36,335 bases of DNA from a bacterium. GTDB taxonomy: Bacteria; Desulfobacterota; S145-22. The stretch spans positions 1-36,335 of the forward strand of contig JAOZMY010000003.1 of the NCBI GenBank assembly GCA_029934085.1. Reading direction: 5' to 3'. A program made the position numbers and the translations under genes. Shown piece after piece: positions 9,519-18,383 of the stretch. The notes below the pieces were generated by a model. It did not search any database. It had not been told where the DNA came from and saw only the letters and a program-made list of their open reading frames with translations. Position 1 is the stretch's first letter. Every line of letters starts with the position of its first letter.

Positions 9519-10205
9519 GTGATCCCGATTAGAGATGATAATCCGACTGAACTGACGCCTTACGTGACGATTACCCTGATCGCGTTGAATGTGATAGTCT
9601 TTATCTATCAACTTGCCCTTGGGCCTCAGGGAAACCAGGCGCTCGTTTTAAGGATGGGGATCATCCCGTATGAATTTACTCATGCCGTCGATATTCCCCC
9701 CTACGTGTCTCATCCGCTTATTTTCAATCTGTTCGCCGCCATGTTCATGCATGGAGGGATCTTTCACCTTTTGGGGAATATGCTCTATCTTTGGATCTTT
9801 GGGAACAACGTGGAAGATGCCATGGGGCACGTCCGTTTTATCATCTTTTATCTCCTCACGGGGGTCATGGCGAGCGCGGTCCATATCATCCTGATGCCCA
9901 ATACCACGGTGCCCATGATCGGGGCCAGCGGGGCTATTTCAGGGGTTCTCGGGGCCTATTTTGTTCTGTATCCCTGGGCGAGGGTCCATACCCTCATCTT
10001 CCTCTTCTTTTTCGTGACGGTTATCCAGGTCCCCGCGATGGTCATTTTGGGGTTCTGGTTTGTGTTTCAACTTCTCAGCGTGTTCAGCAAGAGCAACGTG
10101 GCCTGGTTTGCCCACATCGGCGGATTCTTGTCAGGGATGTTCCTCGTCCGCTTCTTCCTGAGAAAGAGGTTCCGTTTCCACGGTTCCGTCTTCAGGAAGG
10201 TGTGA
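9519..10205 (+). CDS. Rhomboid family intramembrane serine protease
   Basis: MIPIRDDNP N-terminus, HGGIFHLLGNM, catalytic GASGA and AHIGG; GTG start with AGGAGG SD. Confidence 0.93.
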   Translation: MIPIRDDNPTELTPYVTITLIALNVIVFIYQLALGPQGNQALVLRMGIIPYEFTHAVDIPPYVSHPLIFNLFAAMFMHGGIFHLLGNMLYLWIFGNNVEDAMGHVRFIIFYLLTGVMASAVHIILMPNTTVPMIGASGAISGVLGAYFVLYPWARVHTLIFLFFFVTVIQVPAMVILGFWFVFQLLSVFSKSNVAWFAHIGGFLSGMFLVRFFLRKRFRFHGSVFRKV

Positions 10206-11564
10206 GGCGGGGGATTCCTGACCCCATCGTTTTAGATCGTCCAATTTTTCCTTCGTGATTTCGGTTCCCCCGCAGGGAAGAAGAACATTGTTGTGGGTTA
10301 AAGGTTCTTCCGTTAACGGATAGGGCGAGATCCTGACGGCCTCTTCCCAGAGTGATGTTCCAGGGATGGGGGAGTATTCCGCGAGCGAGGGACGGACACC
10401 CCGCTCCAGGACGGCGGCCACACTGGCCTTCACCTCCTCGAAGGTCTGGCCAGGGAGGCCGACGAGGAGATAGACCTTGATGTCTTCATGCGTGAAACCT
10501 GCGTTGAAGAGGTGGGAGAGTGCGTGATCGAATTCTTTCAACGTGACCTTGGAACCCAGGCGGCGTTGCATTTCCGGGTGAATCGTCTCAAGGCTGAGCC
10601 GAAGGGTATGGAACCCGCTTGCCTTCATGAGTTCCGCGATTTCCCGGGTGATCAGGCGGACGTGGATACCGTTGGGGGTGTGGAACCGGAGGGAGAGCCC
10701 TTGATTCAAGAGGTTTTTAAGGAGGGGAATGAATCTCGTGGGAGCGTTGACCAACAGGGCGTCGTCGTAGAAGGCAAAATCTTGGACCCCAAACAAATGG
10801 TGTAACCTGGTGATGTCGTCTGCGAGTCGATCGATCGGTTGTTCAATAAACCGTGGATTGAGGAGGTTGGAGGCGCAGTAAGGGCAACGGAATGGACATC
10901 CGTGACTCGAGCGTATGCAAAGGAAATGCTGGGTGTTGTATCCCTCCCAATAAGGCAATCCTCGCATTTCGCTGGCCTGTGGGGTAGAAGCGATTGGGTT
11001 TCCTAAGAGATCGAAGACTTCCTTCAGATGTAAAGGTGTAAAAGGGCCTTCAATGACCCGGTCGGGCTGGCACACTGAACGGGCATGTCCTGGGAGGAGG
11101 GTGGCGTAGACCCCTCCAAGCCAGATAGGGGTGTCCGGGAAGTGTTCCCTTAAGTGTTCAATGACCGTTTTAACCCCTGGGTACCAGTAGGTCATGATAG
11201 AGGTAACAAAGATAAGATCAGGCTTGGGCAGGGTTTCAAGGTGTTGGCGCAGGTCTTCCGGGGAAATTCCGTAGCGGCAATACCTTCGGGGAACCGCGTC
11301 GAGGACCTTCGGTTTCTTAATCGGTGTTCGTCTGAGCTTTCCCGCACCGAAGGGGGATGTTTTGGGATGAAACGGTGTCAAGAGGGAAAAGTTTTCCGCA
11401 TCCACGCAGTCGACGAGAGAGACTCGGAATCCGGCATCTCTCAGCATCCCCCCGATCTCGAGGAGCCCCAGGGGGCGTGACCAGAGGTTGTAGGCGGCGA
11501 AATCGTAGATCCAAGGGTTGACGAGGAGGATATGCGGACGGTCGGATTGTTTCACGTGAAACAA
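10131..11564 (-). CDS. Cobalamin-binding-domain radical SAM protein
   Basis: N-terminal B12-binding-like region (ILLVNPWIYDF...PLGLL...GGVYATL), CxxxCxxC motif GCPFRCPYC, FYDDAL, PIPGT. Start is TTG 11564 or GTG 11555, both inside the extended parS palindrome. Confidence 0.88.
   Translation of the reverse strand: MFHVKQSDRPHILLVNPWIYDFAAYNLWSRPLGLLEIGGMLRDAGFRVSLVDCVDAENFSLLTPFHPKTSPFGAGKLRRTPIKKPKVLDAVPRRYCRYGISPEDLRQHLETLPKPDLIFVTSIMTYWYPGVKTVIEHLREHFPDTPIWLGGVYATLLPGHARSVCQPDRVIEGPFTPLHLKEVFDLLGNPIASTPQASEMRGLPYWEGYNTQHFLCIRSSHGCPFRCPYCASNLLNPRFIEQPIDRLADDITRLHHLFGVQDFAFYDDALLVNAPTRFIPLLKNLLNQGLSLRFHTPNGIHVRLITREIAELMKASGFHTLRLSLETIHPEMQRRLGSKVTLKEFDHALSHLFNAGFTHEDIKVYLLVGLPGQTFEEVKASVAAVLERGVRPSLAEYSPIPGTSLWEEAVRISPYPLTEEPLTHNNVLLPCGGTEITKEKLDDLKRWGQESPASHLPEDGTVETEPLSQEEADEEHP
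11548..11563. other. parS: parS centromere-like site (ParB binding)
   Basis: Exact TGTTTCACGTGAAACA, the canonical parS consensus; extends to a 20-bp perfect palindrome at 11546-11565. Confidence 0.92.
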
Positions 11565-11567
11565 TTT

Positions 11568-12980
11568 CTATTTTCCGACGCAGAAATTGTGGAAGATTTG
11601 GGAGAGGATATCGTCGTCTGGGGTTTTGCCCGTGATGGATTCGAGGGCACGTTTGGCCTCCCAGAGGTCCTGAGAGAGGAAGACCTCTTCCAGATTCTGT
11701 TTTATCCCCGCATCAAAGCGTGACAAGGCGTCTTTAGCCGTTTCAAGGAGTTGAAAGTGCCGTTGATTGATAGGAATGAGGGATTGTATATCCTGGTTGA
11801 ATTCATTGGCATGGATCTTTTCTACGAGGAGGTGGGTTAACTTTTCCCAGTTCAGGCCCGTTTTTGCAGAGATTTCCACGATGGGGACTGATCCTGAAAG
11901 GTATTCTTCCACTTCTTGAAGGGAAACCTTGCGGGGTAGATCGTATTTATTGAGGGCGATGATGGTTTTTCCCTTTTCTGCATCTCTAAGCAGGGATATT
12001 TCCTCTTCGTCAAGGGGCCTGGCGGCGTCGATTACCAGGAGAACGATGTCCGCCTGGCGTTTTTTGTGGAGAGATTGGGCGGTGCCTATTTTTTCAACGG
12101 GATCTTGGGATTCCCGCAGTCCCGCCGTATCCACGATACGGAAAGGGATCCCCTGGATAAGGGTTCCTTCCTCGATAAAGTCGCGTGTGGTTCCCGGGAA
12201 TTCGGTGACGATGGCGCGTTCCTTCCCTAAAAAGCGGTTGAGGATGCTCGACTTCCCCACGTTGGGAGTTCCCACAATGACCACCTCGAACCCTTCTCGA
12301 ATCATCTGGCAGGTGGTGAACCCCTCCATGAGCCGGTCGAGCGCGTGAAAGAGACTGGGAGCCGATTTTTCCCATAGGGCTGACCAGGTCGGGGTAAAAT
12401 CCATGCCCAAATCTTCTGAGAAGTCCAGGTCTGCCTCCATATAGGTAAGAATCTGATTGATCTCCTTGAGAAGGGGTTCGATCGCCTCACGGATCCCCCC
12501 GTGGAGCTGTTTCTGGGCCATTTTAAGGGAGGCCTCGGACTGGGCCTGAATAACTTCAATGACCCCCTCCGCCTCAGTTAAATCGATCCGACCGTTCAGG
12601 AAGGCCCGGAGGGTGAATTCTCCCGGTCCCGCCAGTCTGGCCCCATGTTTTAAGAGGAGCTTCAGGATTCGTTCGAGGACAACCCGCCCGCTGTGGCACT
12701 GAATTTCTGCCATGTCCTCCCGCGTGTAGGTGTGCGGCGCGAACATGAGGACGGTGAAGACTTCGTCGATAATCTCGTGTGACTCGGGATCCACCACATC
12801 TCCAAGGACCATCTCCCTGTGTTTGAGGGAGGCGGCAGGAGACTTGGGTGAGAAGATTTCTCTGGTAATAATATGGGCTTTAAGGCCCGAGAGCCTGATG
12901 ACCCCAATACCCCCCATGCCGACCGGCGTGCTGATGGCGGCGATGGTTTGGGTGAGGTCCAACCCTTCAAAAAGGGTCAT
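11568..12980 (-). CDS. mnmE: tRNA U34 modification GTPase MnmE/TrmE
   Basis: TIAAISTP, GEFTLRAFLNGRIDL, G1 GTPNVGKSS, PGTTRD, DTAGLR, NKYD, C-terminal FCVGK. Confidence 0.97.
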   Translation of the reverse strand: MTLFEGLDLTQTIAAISTPVGMGGIGVIRLSGLKAHIITREIFSPKSPAASLKHREMVLGDVVDPESHEIIDEVFTVLMFAPHTYTREDMAEIQCHSGRVVLERILKLLLKHGARLAGPGEFTLRAFLNGRIDLTEAEGVIEVIQAQSEASLKMAQKQLHGGIREAIEPLLKEINQILTYMEADLDFSEDLGMDFTPTWSALWEKSAPSLFHALDRLMEGFTTCQMIREGFEVVIVGTPNVGKSSILNRFLGKERAIVTEFPGTTRDFIEEGTLIQGIPFRIVDTAGLRESQDPVEKIGTAQSLHKKRQADIVLLVIDAARPLDEEEISLLRDAEKGKTIIALNKYDLPRKVSLQEVEEYLSGSVPIVEISAKTGLNWEKLTHLLVEKIHANEFNQDIQSLIPINQRHFQLLETAKDALSRFDAGIKQNLEEVFLSQDLWEAKRALESITGKTPDDDILSQIFHNFCVGK

Positions 12981-12995
12981 GGAGAAGACTCTCCT

Positions 12996-13667
12996 TTAGT
13001 TCGGTCCGTCCTGCGTGGCGTGCTTGGAAGGGATGATAACCACCCGCTTGAGGAGGCCGTTCCCGGTACTCTTTGTCTGGATCTCTTTGTCTTCTTTCAG
13101 GGCCATATGGACGGTTTTTCGATCCTTGGCGCTGAGAGGGACCAGAGAGACGGGCTTCCGGGTCTTCTTGGCCTTTTCGCTCAACCTCATAGCGAGCTGT
13201 GTCAAGTTTTCCTCCCGCTTCTTTCGATAGTTTTCGGTGTCTACGTGGATATTGCAGTTTCCGGAAAACTTGCGGTTCGTGATCTTATTGACGAGGTGCT
13301 GGAAGGCGTCCAGGGTCGCCCCATGTTTGCCGATCAAGAGACCGGATCCGTCCCCAATGATTTCCAGGTACACATGAATGACGTCGTCTTCCGTAAGCAT
13401 CTTGTCCTTGACTTCCACCACGGCGTCAACACCCATGTATTCGAGGATTGTGCTTAAAGCCTTTTTAGCGGTATCAGCGACCGCCTCGGGGGTTTTGACC
13501 ATGGCGCGGATCTTGACCTTCTTCCCCATGCCGATACCGATGAAACTCCGATCTGTTTCTTCCAGGACCTCGTAAACGAGGTCTTCCTTGGCGACACCTA
13601 ATTCGTTGGAGGCTTTTTCGAGGGCGTTTTCTACAGATTTTCCTTCTTTTTCGATTACATCAGTCAT
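12996..13667 (-). CDS. jag: Jag/EloR RNA-binding protein (Jag_N-KH-R3H)
   Basis: KH GLLIGKHGATLDAFQ and R3H DRKTVHMAL; conserved position between yidC and mnmE. Confidence 0.93.
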   Translation of the reverse strand: MTDVIEKEGKSVENALEKASNELGVAKEDLVYEVLEETDRSFIGIGMGKKVKIRAMVKTPEAVADTAKKALSTILEYMGVDAVVEVKDKMLTEDDVIHVYLEIIGDGSGLLIGKHGATLDAFQHLVNKITNRKFSGNCNIHVDTENYRKKREENLTQLAMRLSEKAKKTRKPVSLVPLSAKDRKTVHMALKEDKEIQTKSTGNGLLKRVVIIPSKHATQDGPN

Positions 13668-13673
13668 TTGTTC

Positions 13674-15302
13674 CTATCTCCCGTGAGCCAGCTTACGATT
13701 TGTATAGAACTGTTGTCCAATGGAAAGAACGTTATTCACCAACCAATAGATGACCAATCCCGAAGGGAAGTTGAGAAACATGAAGGTAAAGACGATGGGC
13801 ATGATGAGCATCATCTTTGCCATCTTGGGATCCCCCGTCGAGGGGGTCATCTTTTGCTGAATCAGCATGGTCAACCCCATGATAATGGGGGTGATGTAAT
13901 AGGGGTCCTTGGCGGAAAGGTCCTGGATCCACCAGAAAAAGGGCGCGTGTCGAAGCTCGACGGAGTCGAGCAAGGCCTTGTACAGGGCGAAGAAGACGGG
14001 GATCTGTAAGAGCATGGGCAGGCATCCCCCGAGGGGATTCACTTTGTGCTGTTTATAGAGGCGCATCATCTCCTGGTTCAGGCGTTCTTTGTCATCTTTG
14101 TATTTTTCCCTCAGCTTTTGCATGAGGGGCTGAATCTTCTGCATATCGGCCATCGATTTGTAGCTTTTGTGGGTCAATGGCCAGAAGATAATCTTGATGA
14201 GAATGGTCAACAGGATAATGTCGATGCCGTAGTTATGGGTGTATTTGTTGGTGAAATTCAGAAACTGCATGAGGGGGCGGGCGATGATTCCAAACCACCC
14301 ATAATCAATGGCCTTTTCCGCGTCTTTCCCGAACTGCTTCAGGTTGGCGAGGAGTTTGGGACCATTGTAGAGCCTGAATTTGAAGTGTTGGGTCTGGCCG
14401 GGATCGATGACAACCGCCGTGGCCGTGATATCGGCGTCCAGGGCGTTGGCCTTGTTGAGGAGGACTACCTGGTTGAAGGCATTGCTTTCCGGTGCGGCCA
14501 GGGTGACGAAGTATTTCTCGCTCAAGGCGACCCAGCCAATCTTTCCTTCGACCGTTACGGGCTCTTTGATTTTCTTCAGCTTTTTCCGGTAGACGCTGCT
14601 CCCTTTCAGGATATCCGCGCTGTAATCCTGCTGCCCGTATTTACTCTTTTCCTTTATCTTGGAGGGCTTGTTGATGAGGGATAGGATTGTGTTCCCCACC
14701 AGCTTTTCCTCCGTACTGTTTTCGATGATCCACTCCAGATCCGCTTCATATTTATCGGGATAGAAGGTGTAGCGCTTGGAAAAGCGGATGCCATCCTTGA
14801 TCCCCGTGAAGGTGAGCTGGGCGGGGGAGTCCCCCTTGTGGAGGGTAATGGTTTCCACGTTGGCCTTCATGGGGATGGCGTCGGTAACAGCTTTGCTGGT
14901 GCGATAAAAGGTTCCTTTGTAGGGAAGCTCCGGAATCGTGGCCCGAATTAGTTCAATCGGTTTCCCCTTGGGCCCCATGACATCCTTGTACTTGTTCAGT
15001 TTCCAAGAGACCAATCGTCCGCCGAGTGGTGTGAAAACCGCATGATAGAGAGGGGTTTGAATCGTGATGAGCCGGAGGTTCTTGAGATCCACATTGACCG
15101 TTTCCGTGGCCTGAACAGCAGGTTTGGCAGGTTTGACCTCGGCTTTGGAGGGTGGTTTTGAAGCAGCCTTTTCTTGTTTGACCGCTTGTTGCTTGGCTTG
15201 TTTCGGTTTTACCTGCTTCGGTTTGGGGGGTGGGAAGATCTGGTTATAGAGTAGTAAGACAATGAATGTTAGAGCGATAAAAATAATCAATCGTTTTTCC
15301 AC
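13674..15302 (-). CDS. yidC: Membrane protein insertase YidC
   Basis: IDYGWF, NYGIDIILLT, NPLGGCLPMLLQIPVF, WIQDLSAKDPYY, PSGLVIYW. Confidence 0.97.
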   Translation of the reverse strand: MEKRLIIFIALTFIVLLLYNQIFPPPKPKQVKPKQAKQQAVKQEKAASKPPSKAEVKPAKPAVQATETVNVDLKNLRLITIQTPLYHAVFTPLGGRLVSWKLNKYKDVMGPKGKPIELIRATIPELPYKGTFYRTSKAVTDAIPMKANVETITLHKGDSPAQLTFTGIKDGIRFSKRYTFYPDKYEADLEWIIENSTEEKLVGNTILSLINKPSKIKEKSKYGQQDYSADILKGSSVYRKKLKKIKEPVTVEGKIGWVALSEKYFVTLAAPESNAFNQVVLLNKANALDADITATAVVIDPGQTQHFKFRLYNGPKLLANLKQFGKDAEKAIDYGWFGIIARPLMQFLNFTNKYTHNYGIDIILLTILIKIIFWPLTHKSYKSMADMQKIQPLMQKLREKYKDDKERLNQEMMRLYKQHKVNPLGGCLPMLLQIPVFFALYKALLDSVELRHAPFFWWIQDLSAKDPYYITPIIMGLTMLIQQKMTPSTGDPKMAKMMLIMPIVFTFMFLNFPSGLVIYWLVNNVLSIGQQFYTNRKLAHGR

Positions 15303-15322
15303 GTGTGTCCCTCATCATGAAT

Positions 15323-15535
15323 TTATGGAACGGGGTCATACCCGCCTGGATGGAATGGGTGACAGCGCAGGACCCGGCGGATTGCGAGGTATCCCCCATG
15401 AAACAGTCCGTGGCGCTGAATGGCTTCTTTGGCATACTGGGAACAGGTCGGCGTGTACCTGCAGGAAGGCGGCAGGAAGGGCGAAATGAGCTCGTGATAG
15501 AGTGTGAGTCCCCAGATGACAATCTTTTTAATCAT
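15323..15535 (-). CDS. yidD: Membrane protein insertion efficiency factor YidD
   Basis: ISP...[10 protein letters not shown]...[14 protein letters not shown]. Confidence 0.95.
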   Translation of the reverse strand: MIKKIVIWGLTLYHELISPFLPPSCRYTPTCSQYAKEAIQRHGLFHGGYLAIRRVLRCHPFHPGGYDPVP

Positions 15536-15912
15536 TTGGTTGGGCCGGTTCTCCCGCGGGAATGACGCGTCAGTTTATGGACGGCGTCCGTGAAGTGTTT
15601 TTCCGCTTCCTGAAAGGTCGGTTTTATGGGGCGTCTTTTGCGGATGATGATCACATCCCTCGGGGGGTGGATCAGGGTTTTGTTCTTTCGAAAGGCTTCT
15701 CGAAGGACCCGCTTAACCCGATTTCTGAAAACGGCGTTGCCGTCTTTTCGTGTCACGACGATACCCAGACGGCTGTAGGGTAGAGAGGTTGGTTTGAAAA
15801 CAAATTGATATCCGGGGGTGTGTACGACCACATCCTCGGAATGCCGTTTCGTGAAATCCGACCTCTTGGTGATGCGTTCCTTTTTTTTAAAGGTTTCTCG
15901 ATGGATCATCAT
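15532..15912 (-). CDS. rnpA: Ribonuclease P protein component
   Basis: [25 protein letters not shown] (RNR motif); position after rpmH. Start at 15912 or 15909. Confidence 0.92.
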   Translation of the reverse strand: MMIHRETFKKKERITKRSDFTKRHSEDVVVHTPGYQFVFKPTSLPYSRLGIVVTRKDGNAVFRNRVKRVLREAFRKNKTLIHPPRDVIIIRKRRPIKPTFQEAEKHFTDAVHKLTRHSRGRTGPTK

Positions 15913-15916
15913 GGAA

Positions 15917-16051
15917 TTAGACGGCGAGACGTTTTCTCCCCTTTGCCCGGCGACGGTTGATCACGGCGCGCCCAGACCGGGTCCGCATCCTGACGAGAAA
16001 CCCATGGGTTCTTTTTCTCTTTGTGTTGCTCGGTTGATACGTGCGTTTCAT
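15917..16051 (-). CDS. rpmH: 50S ribosomal protein L34 (absent from the ORF track)
   Basis: Hand translation [44 protein letters not shown]; AGGAGG SD. Confidence 0.97.
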   Translation of the reverse strand: MKRTYQPSNTKRKRTHGFLVRMRTRSGRAVINRRRAKGRKRLAV

Positions 16052-16075
16052 CGATTTCCTCCTTTTTAGCGAGCG

Positions 16076-16105
16076 AAGTTAATCATATCTACGGAAAAGT
16101 GTCAA
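16076..16105 (-). promoter_or_regulatory. Probable rpmH promoter just after the topA stop
   Basis: Minus strand TTGACA followed at 17-18 nt by TGaTTAACTT. Confidence 0.45.
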
Positions 16106-16106
16106 G

Positions 16107-18383
16107 TTATGTGGATGTGCCGGTGTTTTCTTCCGTTTCAAGGGGCGCGCGAAATCCACATTCCTTCACGGGGCAGCATTTGTAAACCTTGCCCCCAATC
16201 TTTTTGACAATTAGGTAAGGGCTATGACAATCTGGGCATTCCTCGGCGATGGGGCGGCTCCATAGGGAGAACTTGCAGGTGGGATATCTGCTGCAACTGT
16301 AGAAGGTTCGGCCCCGTTTGCTCCGGCGTTCCACCAGCTCCCCCTTGTGACATTCCGGACAGGGAACACCCGTGGTCTGGCGTTTCTTGAGGGGCTTGGT
16401 GTTCTTGCATTCAGGGAAACCAGAACACGCGAGGAACGGCCCGTAACGCCCCCGTTTAATGACCATGGGGCGACCACACTTCTCGCATTTCTCGTCGGTT
16501 TCCTGGGGTGGTTCCTTCTCCTTTCCCTCCATGGGACGGCGGTAACGGCACTCCGGGAAACCGGAGCAAGCGATAAATTTCCCATACTTTCCGTAGCGGA
16601 TGACCAGTGGTTTCCCGCACTCGGGGCAGGTTTCATCCGTCTTTTCCGTCAGGATATCGGAGCGTTTCAGTTCCTCTTCTTTTTTCTTCACCAGGGGATA
16701 AAAGTCTTCCCAGAATGTGCGGACCATCGGTTTCCACGCCATCTTCCCCTGAGCGATCTGGTCCAGCTGCTCCTCCATCCGGGCGGTGAACTGGGTGTCC
16801 ACATAGTGAGAAAAGTGGGTAACCAAAAGATCACTCACAATCATCCCAATCTCCTGAGGCACGAAGGCCTTGCGGATCAGGCGGGCGTAATCCCGGTTCC
16901 GAAGGGTCTGGAGGACCGTCGCGTAGGTGGAAGGTCGCCCGATCCCGTAACTCTCCAGGGTCTTGATGAGGGAGGCCTCCGTGTAGCGGGGCGGGGGTTG
17001 TGTGAAGTGTTGAATTGGCTTTATCTCCTCCAGGGCAAGGGCCTCTCCCTCCTCAAGGGGTGGAAGCAGGGTTTCCTTCGCCGTTTCGTTTAAGACCCTT
17101 AGATATCCTGGGAAGACGAGAACACTACCCGTAGCCTTAAATTGGGCTGTTTTGTCCTGTGAGTCGATGAGAACCGTTTGGGTGTCCCACTCCGCGGGGG
17201 CCATCTGGGAGGCGATGGTTCGGTTCCAGATGAGCCGGTAGAGGTCGAGGAGCTGGGGGGAAAGCACCGATTTGAGCTGCTCCGGCGTGCGCCTCAAGTC
17301 TGTGGGGCGGATTGCCTCATGGGCCTCCTGGGCGTTTTTTACCTTATTCTTATAAACGCGTGCCCTCGGGAGGGCATAGGGTTCCCCAAAGTGTTCGAGG
17401 ATAATCTGTTTTGCCTCGTGCAGGGCCTGTTTTGCCAGATGAACGCTGTCGGTTCGCATGTAGGTGATGAGCCCCACGGGCCCTTGCCCGATGTCGATCC
17501 CCTCGTAGAGCTGTTGGGCCAAGCGCATGGTTCGAGACGGAGAGAGATTCAGCTTGCGGGACGCCTCCTGCTGAAGGGTGCTGGTGATGAAGGGCGGCGG
17601 CGGGGTCTTCCGGCTGCTTTTGTGAGTAATGGCGCTGACCGTGTATCCCTTCTCCTTCAAGAGGGAGACCATCTCTTCGGCCTTTTCCCCTTTCTTGATG
17701 TCGAATTTCTTCAGCTTCGTACTGTCATAAACCACAAGTTCGGCCTCGAACGGTGTTTTTTCCTTCTGCCCGGAAAACTTGGCCTGGATCGACCAGTATT
17801 CCTTTGGCGTAAAGGCCTGGATCTCCTTTTCCCGATCACAGATGAGGCGGAGGGCTACCGACTGGACACGACCTGCGGAGAGTCCCGTGCGCACCTTCTT
17901 CCACAACAGGGGGCTGAGTGTAAATCCGTAGAGATAGTCAAGGACGACCCTCGCCTGCTGTGCGTCCACCAGGGGGATCAGGATGTCCCTGGGCTCTTTG
18001 ATGGCCGATTGAATCGCCTCTTTTGTAATCTCATGGAACACGATCCTGTGGATGGCGAGTTCCCTCTTTTTCCCGTTCCCATTCAGGCCTAAGGCCTTCA
18101 GGAGGTGGTAAGAGATGGCCTCGCCCTCCCGGTCCATGTCGCTGGCGAGATAGAGGGTGTTAACACCGGAGATGGCCTTTTTGATCCGGTCGATGTGTTT
18201 CTTCTTTTCAGGAATTACCTCGTATTTCGGCTCAAAATCATTGCTTACGTCCACCGATCCCTGTTTACTGGGTAAGGCCCGGACGTGGCCGTATGTGGCG
18301 AGGATCTTGAAATCTTTACCGAGGAAACGGCCGAGCGTCTTGGCCTTTGTGGGGGATTCCACGACCACCAGGGCTTTTTTCAT
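16107..18383 (-). CDS. topA: DNA topoisomerase I with C-terminal zinc ribbons
   Basis: VVVESPTKAK, DMDREGE, SAGRVQS, LITYMRTDS, AHEAIRP, GIGRPSTY, repeated C4 zinc ribbons. Confidence 0.97.
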   Translation of the reverse strand: MKKALVVVESPTKAKTLGRFLGKDFKILATYGHVRALPSKQGSVDVSNDFEPKYEVIPEKKKHIDRIKKAISGVNTLYLASDMDREGEAISYHLLKALGLNGNGKKRELAIHRIVFHEITKEAIQSAIKEPRDILIPLVDAQQARVVLDYLYGFTLSPLLWKKVRTGLSAGRVQSVALRLICDREKEIQAFTPKEYWSIQAKFSGQKEKTPFEAELVVYDSTKLKKFDIKKGEKAEEMVSLLKEKGYTVSAITHKSSRKTPPPPFITSTLQQEASRKLNLSPSRTMRLAQQLYEGIDIGQGPVGLITYMRTDSVHLAKQALHEAKQIILEHFGEPYALPRARVYKNKVKNAQEAHEAIRPTDLRRTPEQLKSVLSPQLLDLYRLIWNRTIASQMAPAEWDTQTVLIDSQDKTAQFKATGSVLVFPGYLRVLNETAKETLLPPLEEGEALALEEIKPIQHFTQPPPRYTEASLIKTLESYGIGRPSTYATVLQTLRNRDYARLIRKAFVPQEIGMIVSDLLVTHFSHYVDTQFTARMEEQLDQIAQGKMAWKPMVRTFWEDFYPLVKKKEEELKRSDILTEKTDETCPECGKPLVIRYGKYGKFIACSGFPECRYRRPMEGKEKEPPQETDEKCEKCGRPMVIKRGRYGPFLACSGFPECKNTKPLKKRQTTGVPCPECHKGELVERRSKRGRTFYSCSRYPTCKFSLWSRPIAEECPDCHSPYLIVKKIGGKVYKCCPVKECGFRAPLETEENTGTST

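Noticed and set aside
16190-16640. Repeated sequence blocks at the 3' end of topA
   Set aside because: These are the ordinary tandem zinc-ribbon domains of topoisomerase I, not a CRISPR array or other repeat.
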